From assembly GCA_964461915.1 (NCBI GenBank), contig CAYWVD010000001.1, forward strand, positions 90,211 to 154,210: a DNA stretch of 64,000 nt, in the 5' to 3' direction. Position 1 is the first letter of the stretch, and every line of letters begins with the position of its first letter. Source of the stretch: an uncultured Candidatus Saccharibacteria bacterium (GTDB taxonomy: Bacteria > Patescibacteriota > Dojkabacteria > B142 > OLB20). The notes beneath the pieces are model-generated. The model was given only the letters and a program-made list of their open reading frames with translations. It made no database searches and had not been told where the DNA came from. Below are positions 55,255 through 64,000 of this stretch, piece after piece. A program made the translations under genes and the position numbers.

Positions 55255-55990
55255 AGAAATAGAAGAAAAAATAATTGAGTTAAATAAAAAATTTTATAGA
55301 ATAACTCGCGAAACATTTTCAAAATCTCGCAACTATACTTGGGCAGGCTGGGATAAACTTTTTAATTACATCAATGATAAAAAATTAGCGATAAATAGTG
55401 TTCTTGATCTAGCATGCGGGAATGGGCGGTTTGTAAATGTTCTTAAAAAGAATCTGGATAACTTTAACTATCTAGGGATTGATTCTGATAAATTTTTAAT
55501 AACAGAAGCAATAAAAAATTTTGATGCTCCTACCATAAAATTTATTAAATGTGACTTACTAAATACCATAGAATTGGAGACTTTAAACTTAGATGTCAAA
55601 AACGATTTAATTGTCTCTTTTGGATTCATGCATCATATTCCTTCAATTGAAAAAAGAATTGAATTTTTTAAGTATGTTTATAAAAACCTAAGTGAGCAGG
55701 GAGTGTTTTGCTTTAGTGTCTGGGATTTCCCTGGTAAAAAATACCAAGAAAGGGTAAATCAAGAGGAAATTGCTGAGGAATTGAATCTTAAAGCAGCCAT
55801 AAAAGATTCAAATGACTACTTTTTAGATTGGCGGGAGGGCAAGAAGGCATTCCGTTTCGCAAAGTATTATACAGAATCGGATTTGGATACATTATTAAAA
55901 CAATCAAATTTTGAAAAAATCTATTCTTTTACTGCAGATGGTCGAGATCAAAAAAGTAATAGATATTTTATTGTTAAGAAAAAGTCATAA
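55247..55990 (+). CDS. Class I SAM-dependent methyltransferase; start at the Met of MNKEIEEK
   Basis: Motif I 'VLDLACGNGRF'; acidic post-I 'LGIDSD'. Confidence 0.7.
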   Translation: MNKEIEEKIIELNKKFYRITRETFSKSRNYTWAGWDKLFNYINDKKLAINSVLDLACGNGRFVNVLKKNLDNFNYLGIDSDKFLITEAIKNFDAPTIKFIKCDLLNTIELETLNLDVKNDLIVSFGFMHHIPSIEKRIEFFKYVYKNLSEQGVFCFSVWDFPGKKYQERVNQEEIAEELNLKAAIKDSNDYFLDWREGKKAFRFAKYYTESDLDTLLKQSNFEKIYSFTADGRDQKSNRYFIVKKKS

Positions 55991-56057
55991 CGACTTTACT
56001 TTTCCGGATGTATCATTTATCATTGGAGATATCCACTAGATTGGGCATCATTATATA

Positions 56058-56086
56058 TTGATTTTTTCCCATAATAGTTAGATAAT
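56058..56086 (+). promoter_or_regulatory. Candidate sigma70-type promoter TTGATT-N17-GATAAT upstream of fusA
   Basis: Hexamers at 56058-56063 and 56081-56086, about 30 nt before the ATG. Confidence 0.35.
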
Positions 56087-56115
56087 CATTTTTCGAAATT
56101 TTTAAAATAAATTCT

Positions 56116-58257
56116 ATGGCCAAAATTGATTACTCAGCAGTAAAAGATCTGCAAAATTATAGAAATATCGGTATTATTGCTCATGTAGATGCTGGTAAAA
56201 CTACAACTACAGAAAGAATCCTTTTTTTTACCGGTAAAAAACATAAAGTCGGTGAAACCCATGATGGCGCTGCCGATATGGATTTTATGGTTCAAGAAAG
56301 AGAAAGGGGAATCACAATTACTTCAGCGGCAACTACTTGTTTTTGGACACTAGATAATGTTTTGCATAGAATTAATATTATCGATACACCGGGGCATGTG
56401 GATTTTACTGCTGAAGTCGAGAGGTCACTTAGAGTTCTCGATGGAGCTGTCGTTATTTTTGATGGTAAAATGGGAGTCGAACCTCAATCAAGTAAGGTTT
56501 GGGGTCAAGCTGATAAATATATTGTTCCTAGAATTTGCTTCATTAATAAGTTAAACCTCATAGGTGGAGATTTTGAAATGAGCCTAAAGTCAATTCAAGA
56601 TGAATTGTCTTCTCATGCAGTTGCAATCACTTATCCTATCGGTAAAGAACATGAGCTACATGGTTATGTCGATCTAGTTACAATGAAAGCTTACGAATAT
56701 GCAGATGAAGAAAAACATGAATATAAAGAAATTGAAATTCCTGCAAATATTAAAGATCGATGCGACGAGCTACATTCAGTATTAGTCGAAAAGCTAGCTG
56801 AATCGGACGATGTTTTAATGGAAAAATATTTGAATGACGGTGTTTTAGAATTAAATGAATTATACACAGCTTTAAGAATTTGTACTCTTTCAAGCAAAAT
56901 ATTCCCTGTCATGGGTGGTGATTCAAGAATGGCAGATACCAAAGTACTTCTTGATAATGTATGTAGGTATTTACCTTCTCCATATCAAAAAAGATATATA
57001 TTTGAGAACAAGGAAACGGGTGAAAAAGAAGAATATGTTGGTAAAATCGTTGGAATAAACACAGACACAGAAGAAAAATTTGTATATGATGCAAAAGAAA
57101 CTGAGCCATTTGTTGGCTTAGTCTTCAAAATTTCAGTTGACCCTCATATTGGACAGTTAATGTTTGTTAGAGTTTACTCAGGGACATTATCCTCAGGTTC
57201 TTTTGTAAATAACAGCACAAAAGATAAAAGAGAAAGAGTTGGAAGATTACTTTTAATGCATGCTAATCATTCAGAAGACATTACTCAAGCAAGAGCTGGA
57301 GACATCGTTGGTGTCGTTGGATTCAAAGAATCATTTACAGGAAATACTATCTGTGGAGACAATCAAAATGTTGTACTAGAAAGTATTGACTTCCCAGATC
57401 CAGTTGTTAGTCTTGCAATCGAACCAAAGACTAAATCTGATCAAGAAAAGCTTGGAGAAGCATTACATAAATTAATGCAAGAAGATCCAACCTTTAATGC
57501 AAAGACAGATGTAGAAACAGGTCAGACTATAGTTTCTGGTATGGGTGAACTTCACTTAGATATCAAAATGGACATTTTAAAGAGGACTTACGGTATCGAA
57601 GTCACAGCTGGTATGCCTCAAGTTGCTTACAAAGAAACTATTTCCTCAGCAGTGAGTCATAGAGAAATTCTCAAAAAACAAACAGGTGGTGCAGGACAAT
57701 TTGCCGATATCGAATTAATCCTCGAACCTCAAGAAAGAGGTAAAGGATATGAATTTGTTAACGAAATTAAAGGAGGATCTGTTCCAAAAGAATTTATCCC
57801 TTCTGTAGATAAAGGTATCCAAGAATCTCTACCAAACGGTGTCTTGGGTGGCTTCCCAGTAGTAGATGTAAAGGTTAGACTAGTTGATGGGTCATATCAT
57901 GAGGTTGACTCAAATACAGATACATTTAGAGTTTGCGGCTCAAAAGGATTTAAAGCAGCTATGAAGCTAGCAAAACCAATTCTATTAGAACCTATTATGA
58001 AAGTTCCAGTAGTCACTCCAGATGAATACGCAGGCGATGTCACAGGAGCCTTATCCTCAAAAAGAGGTATTATTAAATCAATGAATCCAAAAGGTAAAAT
58101 GCAGGAAATCACAGCCTATGTACCTATTGGTAATATGTTCGGATGGGTCAACTCACTTAGATCAATGACAAAAGGCAGAGCAAATAGTTATATGGAATTT
58201 AGTCACTATGAAAAAGTGCCCGAGGGCTTAGTTAACCAAGTTTTAGGAATAAAATAG
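56116..58257 (+). CDS. fusA: Translation elongation factor G
   Basis: 'GIIAHVDAGKTTTTERIL', 'DTPGHVDF', 713 aa. Confidence 0.95.
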   Translation: MAKIDYSAVKDLQNYRNIGIIAHVDAGKTTTTERILFFTGKKHKVGETHDGAADMDFMVQERERGITITSAATTCFWTLDNVLHRINIIDTPGHVDFTAEVERSLRVLDGAVVIFDGKMGVEPQSSKVWGQADKYIVPRICFINKLNLIGGDFEMSLKSIQDELSSHAVAITYPIGKEHELHGYVDLVTMKAYEYADEEKHEYKEIEIPANIKDRCDELHSVLVEKLAESDDVLMEKYLNDGVLELNELYTALRICTLSSKIFPVMGGDSRMADTKVLLDNVCRYLPSPYQKRYIFENKETGEKEEYVGKIVGINTDTEEKFVYDAKETEPFVGLVFKISVDPHIGQLMFVRVYSGTLSSGSFVNNSTKDKRERVGRLLLMHANHSEDITQARAGDIVGVVGFKESFTGNTICGDNQNVVLESIDFPDPVVSLAIEPKTKSDQEKLGEALHKLMQEDPTFNAKTDVETGQTIVSGMGELHLDIKMDILKRTYGIEVTAGMPQVAYKETISSAVSHREILKKQTGGAGQFADIELILEPQERGKGYEFVNEIKGGSVPKEFIPSVDKGIQESLPNGVLGGFPVVDVKVRLVDGSYHEVDSNTDTFRVCGSKGFKAAMKLAKPILLEPIMKVPVVTPDEYAGDVTGALSSKRGIIKSMNPKGKMQEITAYVPIGNMFGWVNSLRSMTKGRANSYMEFSHYEKVPEGLVNQVLGIK

Positions 58258-58288
58258 AAAAAAATAGAACGAAAAGTTCAAAAATGTA

Positions 58289-58317
58289 TTGCACATTTTT
58301 CCTAAATTTGTTATAAA
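58289..58317 (+). promoter_or_regulatory. Candidate promoter TTGCAC-N17-TATAAA (with TGn extended -10) upstream of tuf
   Basis: 58289-58294 TTGCAC, 58309-58317 tgtTATAAA. Confidence 0.4.
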
Positions 58318-58384
58318 CTAAGCTGGATTTAAGGCAATTATTGTCTTTATTTATTTAATTACATTTATTTATTAAATACAAAAA

Positions 58385-59581
58385 ATGGCTAATAAAGTTT
58401 TTGAAAGGACAAAACCCCATGTCAATGTCGGAACATTAGGTCATATTGATCATGGTAAAACAACTTTAACAGCAGCTTTAATTGCTCACTCAAAGAGAAA
58501 AGGCAGAATGGCTTCTGAAAAAGGTTATAATGAAATCGCAAAAGGTGGAGTCGTTAGAGATAAAACCAAAATCGTAACTGTTGCAACATCTCATGTTGAA
58601 TACGAATCAGAAAAGAGACATTATGCACATATCGATTGTCCAGGGCATAAAGATTACATCAAAAACATGATTACTGGAGCAGCTCAAATGGATGGAGCAA
58701 TCCTAGTAGTTTCTGCTTCAGATGGTCCAATGCCACAAACCAAAGAACATATCATTTTAGCCAGACAAGTCGGAGTAGAACATTTCGTTGTCTTCCTAAA
58801 CATGTTCGATGATGACATGGATGAAGAATTACTAATGTTAGTTGAAGATGAAATTAGAGAATTATTAAAGAAATACGAATACGATGGTGATAATGTCACA
58901 ATCGTTAGAGGTAGTGCATTAAAAGGTCTAAATGGCGATCCAGATGGCGAAAGAGCAATGGATGAATTAATGGCTGCACTAGATAAAGATATTCCAGAGC
59001 CAGTAAGAGAATTAGACAAACCATTCTTAATGTCAGTTGAAGATGTTTTCTCTATCGAAGGTAGAGGTACAGTTGCAACTGGTAGAATTGAAAGAGGTAA
59101 AGTAAAAGTTGGTGAAGAATTAGACCAAATCGGTTTAATGGATGAAGTTAAAAAGGTTACAGTAACCGGTGTCGAAATGTTTAACAAACAATTAGAATAC
59201 GGTCAAGCTGGAGATAATGTAGGTGTACTTTTAAGAGGTATTAAAAGAGAAGAAATTCAAAGAGGTCAAGTATTAGCTGCAAAAGGCTCAATTAAACCTC
59301 ATACAGAATTCGAAATTGAAGCATATGTATTATCCAAAGAAGAAGGTGGTAGACACACAGCTTTCGTAAGCGGATATAAACCACAATTCTATGTAAATAC
59401 AGCTGATATTACAGGTGAAGTTACATTGAAAGAAGGTGTTGAAATGGTAATGCCAGGTGATCATGCAACATTTATTGTAAAACTAAACAAACCTGCTGCA
59501 GTCGAGGAAAAGATGTCACTTGCTATTAGAGAAGGTGGTAGAACAGTAGGTGCAGGAATTGTAACTAAACTTATAAAATAA
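58385..59581 (+). CDS. tuf: Translation elongation factor Tu
   Basis: '[23 protein letters not shown]', 'DCPGHKDY', 398 aa. Confidence 0.95.
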   Translation: MANKVFERTKPHVNVGTLGHIDHGKTTLTAALIAHSKRKGRMASEKGYNEIAKGGVVRDKTKIVTVATSHVEYESEKRHYAHIDCPGHKDYIKNMITGAAQMDGAILVVSASDGPMPQTKEHIILARQVGVEHFVVFLNMFDDDMDEELLMLVEDEIRELLKKYEYDGDNVTIVRGSALKGLNGDPDGERAMDELMAALDKDIPEPVRELDKPFLMSVEDVFSIEGRGTVATGRIERGKVKVGEELDQIGLMDEVKKVTVTGVEMFNKQLEYGQAGDNVGVLLRGIKREEIQRGQVLAAKGSIKPHTEFEIEAYVLSKEEGGRHTAFVSGYKPQFYVNTADITGEVTLKEGVEMVMPGDHATFIVKLNKPAAVEEKMSLAIREGGRTVGAGIVTKLIK

Positions 59582-59592
59582 TTAAAATGATG

Positions 59593-59630
59593 TTGAGGAG
59601 CTTGGTTAGTCAAGCTCCTCAATTTTAAAC
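59593..59630 (+). terminator. Rho-independent terminator after tuf (12-bp stem TTGAGGAGCTTG/CAAGCTCCTCAA, 6-nt loop, T-run)
   Basis: Perfect inverted repeat followed by TTTTAAACTTT. Confidence 0.6.
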
Positions 59631-59639
59631 TTTACTTTT

Positions 59640-59939
59640 ATGCAAAAAATAAGGATTAAAATAAAAGGTTACGATGCAAAAGTTGTTGATAAAGCAGCTT
59701 TGCTAATTTTAGAAACTGCTGTTAGAACAGGAGCTAAAACTTTTGGACCTATTCCTCTTCCAACAAAAAAGAGAAAATTCGTCACATTAAAATCTCCTCA
59801 TGTTGACGCAAAATCTAAAGAACACTTTAAAATCCATACACATAAAAGATTAATTGATATTGTCGAACCAACAAGCAAAACAATAGATTCATTAACTCAT
59901 TTACAACTCGCTGCCGGAGTCGGAATCGAAATTAAATAG
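59640..59939 (+). CDS. rpsJ: 30S ribosomal protein S10
   Basis: 'IRIKIKGYD...[24 protein letters not shown]'. Confidence 0.9.
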   Translation: MQKIRIKIKGYDAKVVDKAALLILETAVRTGAKTFGPIPLPTKKRKFVTLKSPHVDAKSKEHFKIHTHKRLIDIVEPTSKTIDSLTHLQLAAGVGIEIK

Positions 59940-59958
59940 TAAGAAATTTTAAACTAAA

Positions 59959-60567
59959 ATGAAAACTTTGATCGGTATAAAAAAGAATATGTCTCAGATT
60001 TTTCAAGATGATGGAACTGTAGTACCAGTAACTTTCATTGATTCTTCTGATGTAATTGTTGCACATAAAAAAGTTAACGAAAAAGATGGATATACTGCTT
60101 ATGTTTTAGGTTTAGGAACAAAAAAGAATCCTACTAAAGCCGAAGTCGGTAAATTCAAAGAACTAGGGTTTGTGCCACAATATGCAGTTGAAGTTCAACT
60201 AGATATGGAATTAAACATTAAAGATAAAGTTTCCGTTGAAATTTTTGAACAAATTAAGAAAGTAAATGTTACAGGTACAACTAAAGGTAAAGGTTTTCAA
60301 GGTGTAGTTAAAAGATGGGGTTTCAAAGGAGGTCCTAGAACTCACGGTCAATCTGATAGAATGAGACATCCAGGATCAATCGGTATGAGAACAACTCCAG
60401 GCAGAGTTTTCAAAGGTCATAAAATGGGTGGAAGAATGGGAGCCGATACAAAAACCACAAAGAATTTAAGAGTAATTAGTATAGACAAAGAAAATAATTT
60501 ATTAGCCCTAAAAGGTGCAGTTCCAGGTAACAAAGAATCATTAGTTATTATTACAGGAAACAAATAA
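59959..60567 (+). CDS. rplC: 50S ribosomal protein L3
   Basis: 'GKGFQGVVKRWGFKGGPRTHGQS'. Confidence 0.9.
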   Translation: MKTLIGIKKNMSQIFQDDGTVVPVTFIDSSDVIVAHKKVNEKDGYTAYVLGLGTKKNPTKAEVGKFKELGFVPQYAVEVQLDMELNIKDKVSVEIFEQIKKVNVTGTTKGKGFQGVVKRWGFKGGPRTHGQSDRMRHPGSIGMRTTPGRVFKGHKMGGRMGADTKTTKNLRVISIDKENNLLALKGAVPGNKESLVIITGNK

Positions 60568-61256
60568 TGTTAGTAGAATATTTTGATAACAAAGGTAAAG
60601 AAATCAAATCTAAAATAGAACTTAGAGATGATGTTTTTGGAGCTAAAGTAAACAAAGTTTTGCTTGCTCAAGCTGTTAGAACATATTTAGCAAATAACAG
60701 ACAAAGTAATGCTAATACAAAAAATAGAGGTGAAGTTAGTGGTGGTGGTAAAAAACCATGGAAGCAAAAAGGGACAGGTAGAGCGAGAGCTGGATCAAGT
60801 AGATCTCCAATCTGGAAAGGTGGCGGTGTAACCTTTGGTCCAACAAATGAAATTAATTACAAAAAGACTTTGACTAAGAAAATGAGAAAACTTGCTATGA
60901 TATCAAGTTTTTCTCTACAAGCTAAAGAAGGTAATATTGTCATTTTTCAAGATTTGAAATTCGAAAAACCAAGTACACAAGATTTAGTTAAAGTCTTAGG
61001 GAAATTAAGTGATGAAAAAGTTTTATTGATTCAAAAAGATGCTGATCAAAACTTAGTAAACTCAGCACATAATATTGAATCTCTAAATTTAGAAGTTGTT
61101 AATGCAGTTAATTATTATGATATTTTGAATTCTAAAAAAGTTATTGTATTAGAATCTGCTTTAGAATCCATTTATAATTTCTGGGGTTCCAAATCAGAAT
61201 CTGCTAAACCAGTTAAAAAAGAAGTTAAACCAAAAACAGTTAAATCAACAAAATAA
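60567..61256 (+). CDS. rplD: 50S ribosomal protein L4 (with a Lys-rich C-terminal extension)
   Basis: 'GGGKKPWKQKGTGRARAGSSRSPIWKGGG'. Confidence 0.85.
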   Translation: MLVEYFDNKGKEIKSKIELRDDVFGAKVNKVLLAQAVRTYLANNRQSNANTKNRGEVSGGGKKPWKQKGTGRARAGSSRSPIWKGGGVTFGPTNEINYKKTLTKKMRKLAMISSFSLQAKEGNIVIFQDLKFEKPSTQDLVKVLGKLSDEKVLLIQKDADQNLVNSAHNIESLNLEVVNAVNYYDILNSKKVIVLESALESIYNFWGSKSESAKPVKKEVKPKTVKSTK

Positions 61257-61561
61257 TGGAAAGTGTTTCAAAAATTAACAAATTAATAGTAAAACCTTTA
61301 ATTAGTGAAAAATCATTAAAGGCTATCGACTTATATAATAAATATACATTTATTGTTGAGAATGCTAGTAATAAAATTGAAATAGGGAAATATATTGAAA
61401 AAACTTTTTCTGTAAAAGTATTAGATATCCAGACCATTGTAAATAGTGGTAAAATAGTAAGATTTGGGAAAAAACGAACACTAGGTAGAAGGAGTGATTT
61501 TAAAAAAGCGATAGTAACCTTAAAAAAGGGAGATAAAATTAATCTTTTTGATATTAAATAA
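61256..61561 (+). CDS. rplW: 50S ribosomal protein L23
   Basis: Position in the S10 operon and L23-like sequence 'KYTFIVENASNKIEIGKYIEKTFSVKV'. Confidence 0.8.
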   Translation: MESVSKINKLIVKPLISEKSLKAIDLYNKYTFIVENASNKIEIGKYIEKTFSVKVLDIQTIVNSGKIVRFGKKRTLGRRSDFKKAIVTLKKGDKINLFDIK

Positions 61562-61566
61562 TAGTA

Positions 61567-62436
61567 ATGGCTTTAAAGATTTATAAACCAACAACACCAA
61601 CAAGAAGATTTACGGTTTTAGTAAATAACAACGAAGTTACTTCCGATAAACCTGAGAAATCTTTATTAAAATATAGAAAATATAAAGCAGGTCGTAATGC
61701 TCATGGAAAAGTAACAGTCCGCCATCAAGGTGGTCGTGTTAAAAGACAATTCAGAGTTATCGATTTTAAAAGAGAAAAATTCAATATTCCAGCTAAAGTA
61801 GTTAGTATTGAATACGATCCTTTTAGAACTAGTTTTATTGCTCTTTTACAGTATGCAGATGGAGAAAAAAGATATATCTTGGCTCCATTAGGCTTAAAGG
61901 TTGGAGAAGAATTAATGAGTGGCGATAAAGCTCAAGTTAAGGTTGGAAATACTCTCCCATTAAAGAATATTCCACAAGCTATGTTTGTTCATAACATTGA
62001 ACTTATTCCAGGGAATGGTGGAATTTTAGTTAGATCAGCAGGAGTTGGAGCACAAATTCAAGGTGGTGAAAAAGGATATGTTCAAATTAAAATGCCAAGT
62101 GGAGAAATTAGATTAATAAAAGAGACCTGTTTAGCAACTATCGGTACTTTATCAAACATTGAAAATAAGAATGAAAAATTTGGTAAAGCTGGTAGAAAAA
62201 GGAAAATGGGTATCAAACCTACAGTAAGAGGAACAGCAATGAGTGGTGGTAAACATCCTCACGGTGATGGACAAGGTAAATCTGGTAGACACGGTCCAGG
62301 TGGTCCAGCTAAAGATAGATGGGGTAATAGAATTGGTGTAAATACAAGGAATAGACCAAATACAAATAAGTTCATAATTAAACGACGCTCAAATGTGCGT
62401 GGTAAAAAACATAAAACATATAAAACTATTATATAA
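61567..62436 (+). CDS. rplB: 50S ribosomal protein L2
   Basis: '[15 protein letters not shown]', '[22 protein letters not shown]'. Confidence 0.95.
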   Translation: MALKIYKPTTPTRRFTVLVNNNEVTSDKPEKSLLKYRKYKAGRNAHGKVTVRHQGGRVKRQFRVIDFKREKFNIPAKVVSIEYDPFRTSFIALLQYADGEKRYILAPLGLKVGEELMSGDKAQVKVGNTLPLKNIPQAMFVHNIELIPGNGGILVRSAGVGAQIQGGEKGYVQIKMPSGEIRLIKETCLATIGTLSNIENKNEKFGKAGRKRKMGIKPTVRGTAMSGGKHPHGDGQGKSGRHGPGGPAKDRWGNRIGVNTRNRPNTNKFIIKRRSNVRGKKHKTYKTII

Positions 62437-62438
62437 TC

Positions 62439-62747
62439 ATGTCTAGATCATTAAAAAAAGGTCCTTACATAGACCAGAAATTGTTAGAAAAAGTTAATAA
62501 AGCAAAAACAAGTGGGAACAACAAGGCCATTAAAACATGGGCAAGAAGTTCTTCAATAACTCCAGAAATGGTTGGCGTAAATTTTGATGTTTATAATGGT
62601 AAAGAATTTTTTAAAGTCTTTGTTACAGAATCAATGGTAGGTCATAAATTTGGTGAATTTGTTTTGACCCGTAAATTCACCGGTCATAGTAAGAAAGGTA
62701 AAATTGCTAAAAGCACTGGAACAATGGGTCGTGTACTTAAAGATTAA
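62439..62747 (+). CDS. rpsS: 30S ribosomal protein S19
   Basis: '[13 protein letters not shown]...[28 protein letters not shown]'. Confidence 0.9.
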   Translation: MSRSLKKGPYIDQKLLEKVNKAKTSGNNKAIKTWARSSSITPEMVGVNFDVYNGKEFFKVFVTESMVGHKFGEFVLTRKFTGHSKKGKIAKSTGTMGRVLKD

Positions 62748-62764
62748 AAATTGTTTAAAACATA

Positions 62765-63256
62765 ATGCAAAAAGTCGTATATGCAAAATTAAAGAATTCA
62801 TTAATATCTGCTAGAAAAGTCAGATTAGTAGCCGATTTAGTCAGAGGTAAAACTCCTAAACAGGCAGAAGGTATTTTACAATTCACAGACAAAACAGCTG
62901 CAAAAGATGTTTTGAAGAATTTAAGATCTGCAGTAGCAAATGCTGTAAATAACGAGGGTTGGAATGCAAATGACCTTTTAATTAAAGAAATATTTGTAGA
63001 TGATGCTCAAATTTATAAAAGAGGGAGACCAGCAGCAAGAGGAAGATACAGAGCTATTATGAAAAGGAATTGTCATATAACTATTGGTTTAGTAAATATT
63101 AAAGAAAATACTGAAGTTTCAAAAGAAAAATCAGCCGAGAAATCAGTTAAAGTTGAAAAAGTAGAAAAGGCTGAAAAAGAAGTGGAAAAAGAATCAGTGT
63201 CAACAAAAAAGGAAGTTAAACCTAAATTATCTAAAATTAAGAAAGAATCTAAATAA
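62765..63256 (+). CDS. rplV: 50S ribosomal protein L22 with a roughly 50-aa Lys/Glu-rich C-terminal extension
   Basis: 'ARKVRLVADLVRGKTPKQA...RGRYRAIMKRNCHITIGL', then a KEK-rich tail. Confidence 0.85.
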   Translation: MQKVVYAKLKNSLISARKVRLVADLVRGKTPKQAEGILQFTDKTAAKDVLKNLRSAVANAVNNEGWNANDLLIKEIFVDDAQIYKRGRPAARGRYRAIMKRNCHITIGLVNIKENTEVSKEKSAEKSVKVEKVEKAEKEVEKESVSTKKEVKPKLSKIKKESK

Positions 63257-63262
63257 TAAATT

Positions 63263-63910
63263 ATGGGACATAAAGTCAATCCAACAGCATATAGAACAGG
63301 TGTAAACAAAGGATGGTCATCTATTTGGTATACATCTAAAGCTCAATTTGCTGATTATTTACATGAAGATCTAAAAGTTAGAGAGTTTGTAAACAAGAAG
63401 TTAATGAATGCTGGTGTTCAAGAGGTCAAAGTAAAAAGATCAATGAACAAGGTTTTAGTCGAAATTAAAGTAGCTAGACCAGGTATTGTTATTGGTCGAG
63501 GTGGAGCAGGTATTGAAGAATTAAAAACATCTTTAAAAAAGATGATTAAAGGAGATGTAGATTTAAAGATCTTTGAAATTAAAAGACCAGAAGCTTCTGC
63601 TAAATTAATTGCAGATACTGTTAAAGCTCAATTAGAAAGACGTATTGTTCCTAAATATGCAGTTTCGAGAGAAATTGAAAATGCAAAAAATTCTAACTCT
63701 GTAAAAGGAATTAGAGTATGGGTAAGTGGTAGAATAAAAGGTGCTGAAATTGCTAGAACTGAAAAGTTCCAATGGGGAACTGTTCCTTTGCAAACTTTAA
63801 GAGCAGATATTGATTACTATTATCTAACTGCTGATGTCCCAAATGCTGGAAAACACGGAATCAAAGTCTGGGTTTTTACCGGCGAAAAACATAATATTGA
63901 ATATGATTAA
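63263..63910 (+). CDS. rpsC: 30S ribosomal protein S3
   Basis: 'MGHKVNPTAYRTG', KH domain 'GIVIGRGGAGIEEL'. Confidence 0.9.
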   Translation: MGHKVNPTAYRTGVNKGWSSIWYTSKAQFADYLHEDLKVREFVNKKLMNAGVQEVKVKRSMNKVLVEIKVARPGIVIGRGGAGIEELKTSLKKMIKGDVDLKIFEIKRPEASAKLIADTVKAQLERRIVPKYAVSREIENAKNSNSVKGIRVWVSGRIKGAEIARTEKFQWGTVPLQTLRADIDYYYLTADVPNAGKHGIKVWVFTGEKHNIEYD

Positions 63911-63920
63911 TTAACTAAAA

Positions 63921-64000
63921 ATGTTAGAACCTAAAAGAGTAAAACATAGAAAAGTATTTAGAGGGAAAAATAGAGGTGTTGCCTTAAGAGGCAATACTTT
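63921..64000 (+). CDS. rplP: 50S ribosomal protein L16, 5' portion (continues beyond the window)
   Basis: 'MLEPKRVKHRKVFRGKNRG'. Confidence 0.8.
   Translation, partial: MLEPKRVKHRKVFRGKNRGVALRGNT

Noticed and set aside
1-64000. Alternative genetic code (UGA recoded, as in some CPR lineages)
   Set aside because: Long conserved genes (fusA, tuf, pyrG, glyA, pgm) are intact under the standard code, and several genes terminate at TGA (for example 24198-24200 and 44146-44148). Code 11 fits.
1-64000. CRISPR arrays, IS elements, rRNA genes
   Set aside because: No direct-repeat/spacer periodicity was seen, no transposase- or integrase-like ORF, and no rRNA-like conserved stretches. The only tandem repeats are coding Thr/Pro-linker repeats.

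Overview
This is a 64 kb, AT-rich (~32-35% GC by eye) window that uses the standard bacterial genetic code and is densely packed on both strands. I read it as a reduced-genome bacterium, with a gene repertoire that resembles the Candidate Phyla Radiation (Patescibacteria); that assignment is an inference from gene content only.

The right end holds a standard fusA-tuf-S10 ribosomal operon (rpsJ-rplC-rplD-rplW-rplB-rpsS-rplV-rpsC-rplP'). The rest carries housekeeping genes: iscU-like, recF, tig, dus, tmk, sod, trxB, pyrG, folD, glyA, pgm, manC, tal, rpe-like, rpiB, an Elp3 homolog, a MacAB-type exporter, and three tRNAs (Lys-CTT, Asn-GTT, Pro-TGG).

The accessory content I find most interesting:
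1. A minimal Gram-positive-style type IV secretion-like cluster (21080-26696): VirB2-like pilin, VirB6-like, VirB3-like, a VirB4 ATPase apparently split into two ORFs, and an M23 wall hydrolase.
2. A ~6 kb minus-strand operon (29018-35149): a Wzy_C/O-antigen-ligase-like polytopic membrane protein followed by four tandem paralogous type-I surface proteins. These have hypervariable Cys-rich ectodomains and Thr/Pro-repeat linkers. They share a conserved C-terminal 'PxTAL-TM' module that also appears in a fifth surface protein at 43375-44148.
3. Three tandem paralogs of a small GNAT-like protein, plus a decayed fourth copy (41536-43290).
4. A minus-strand ligase/lipid cluster (PHP, ATP-grasp-like, CarS-like, Mur-ligase-like) flanked by dgkA and a CDP-alcohol phosphatidyltransferase.
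5. A YYY-motif GT-C-like membrane protein with an FAD oxidoreductase, plus a truncated paralog at the window start.
6. Two pairs of compositionally atypical ORFans (8004-8805, 11644-13197).

No CRISPR array, integrase, transposase or rRNA was seen. All functional calls rest on motifs recognised by eye, not on database searches.
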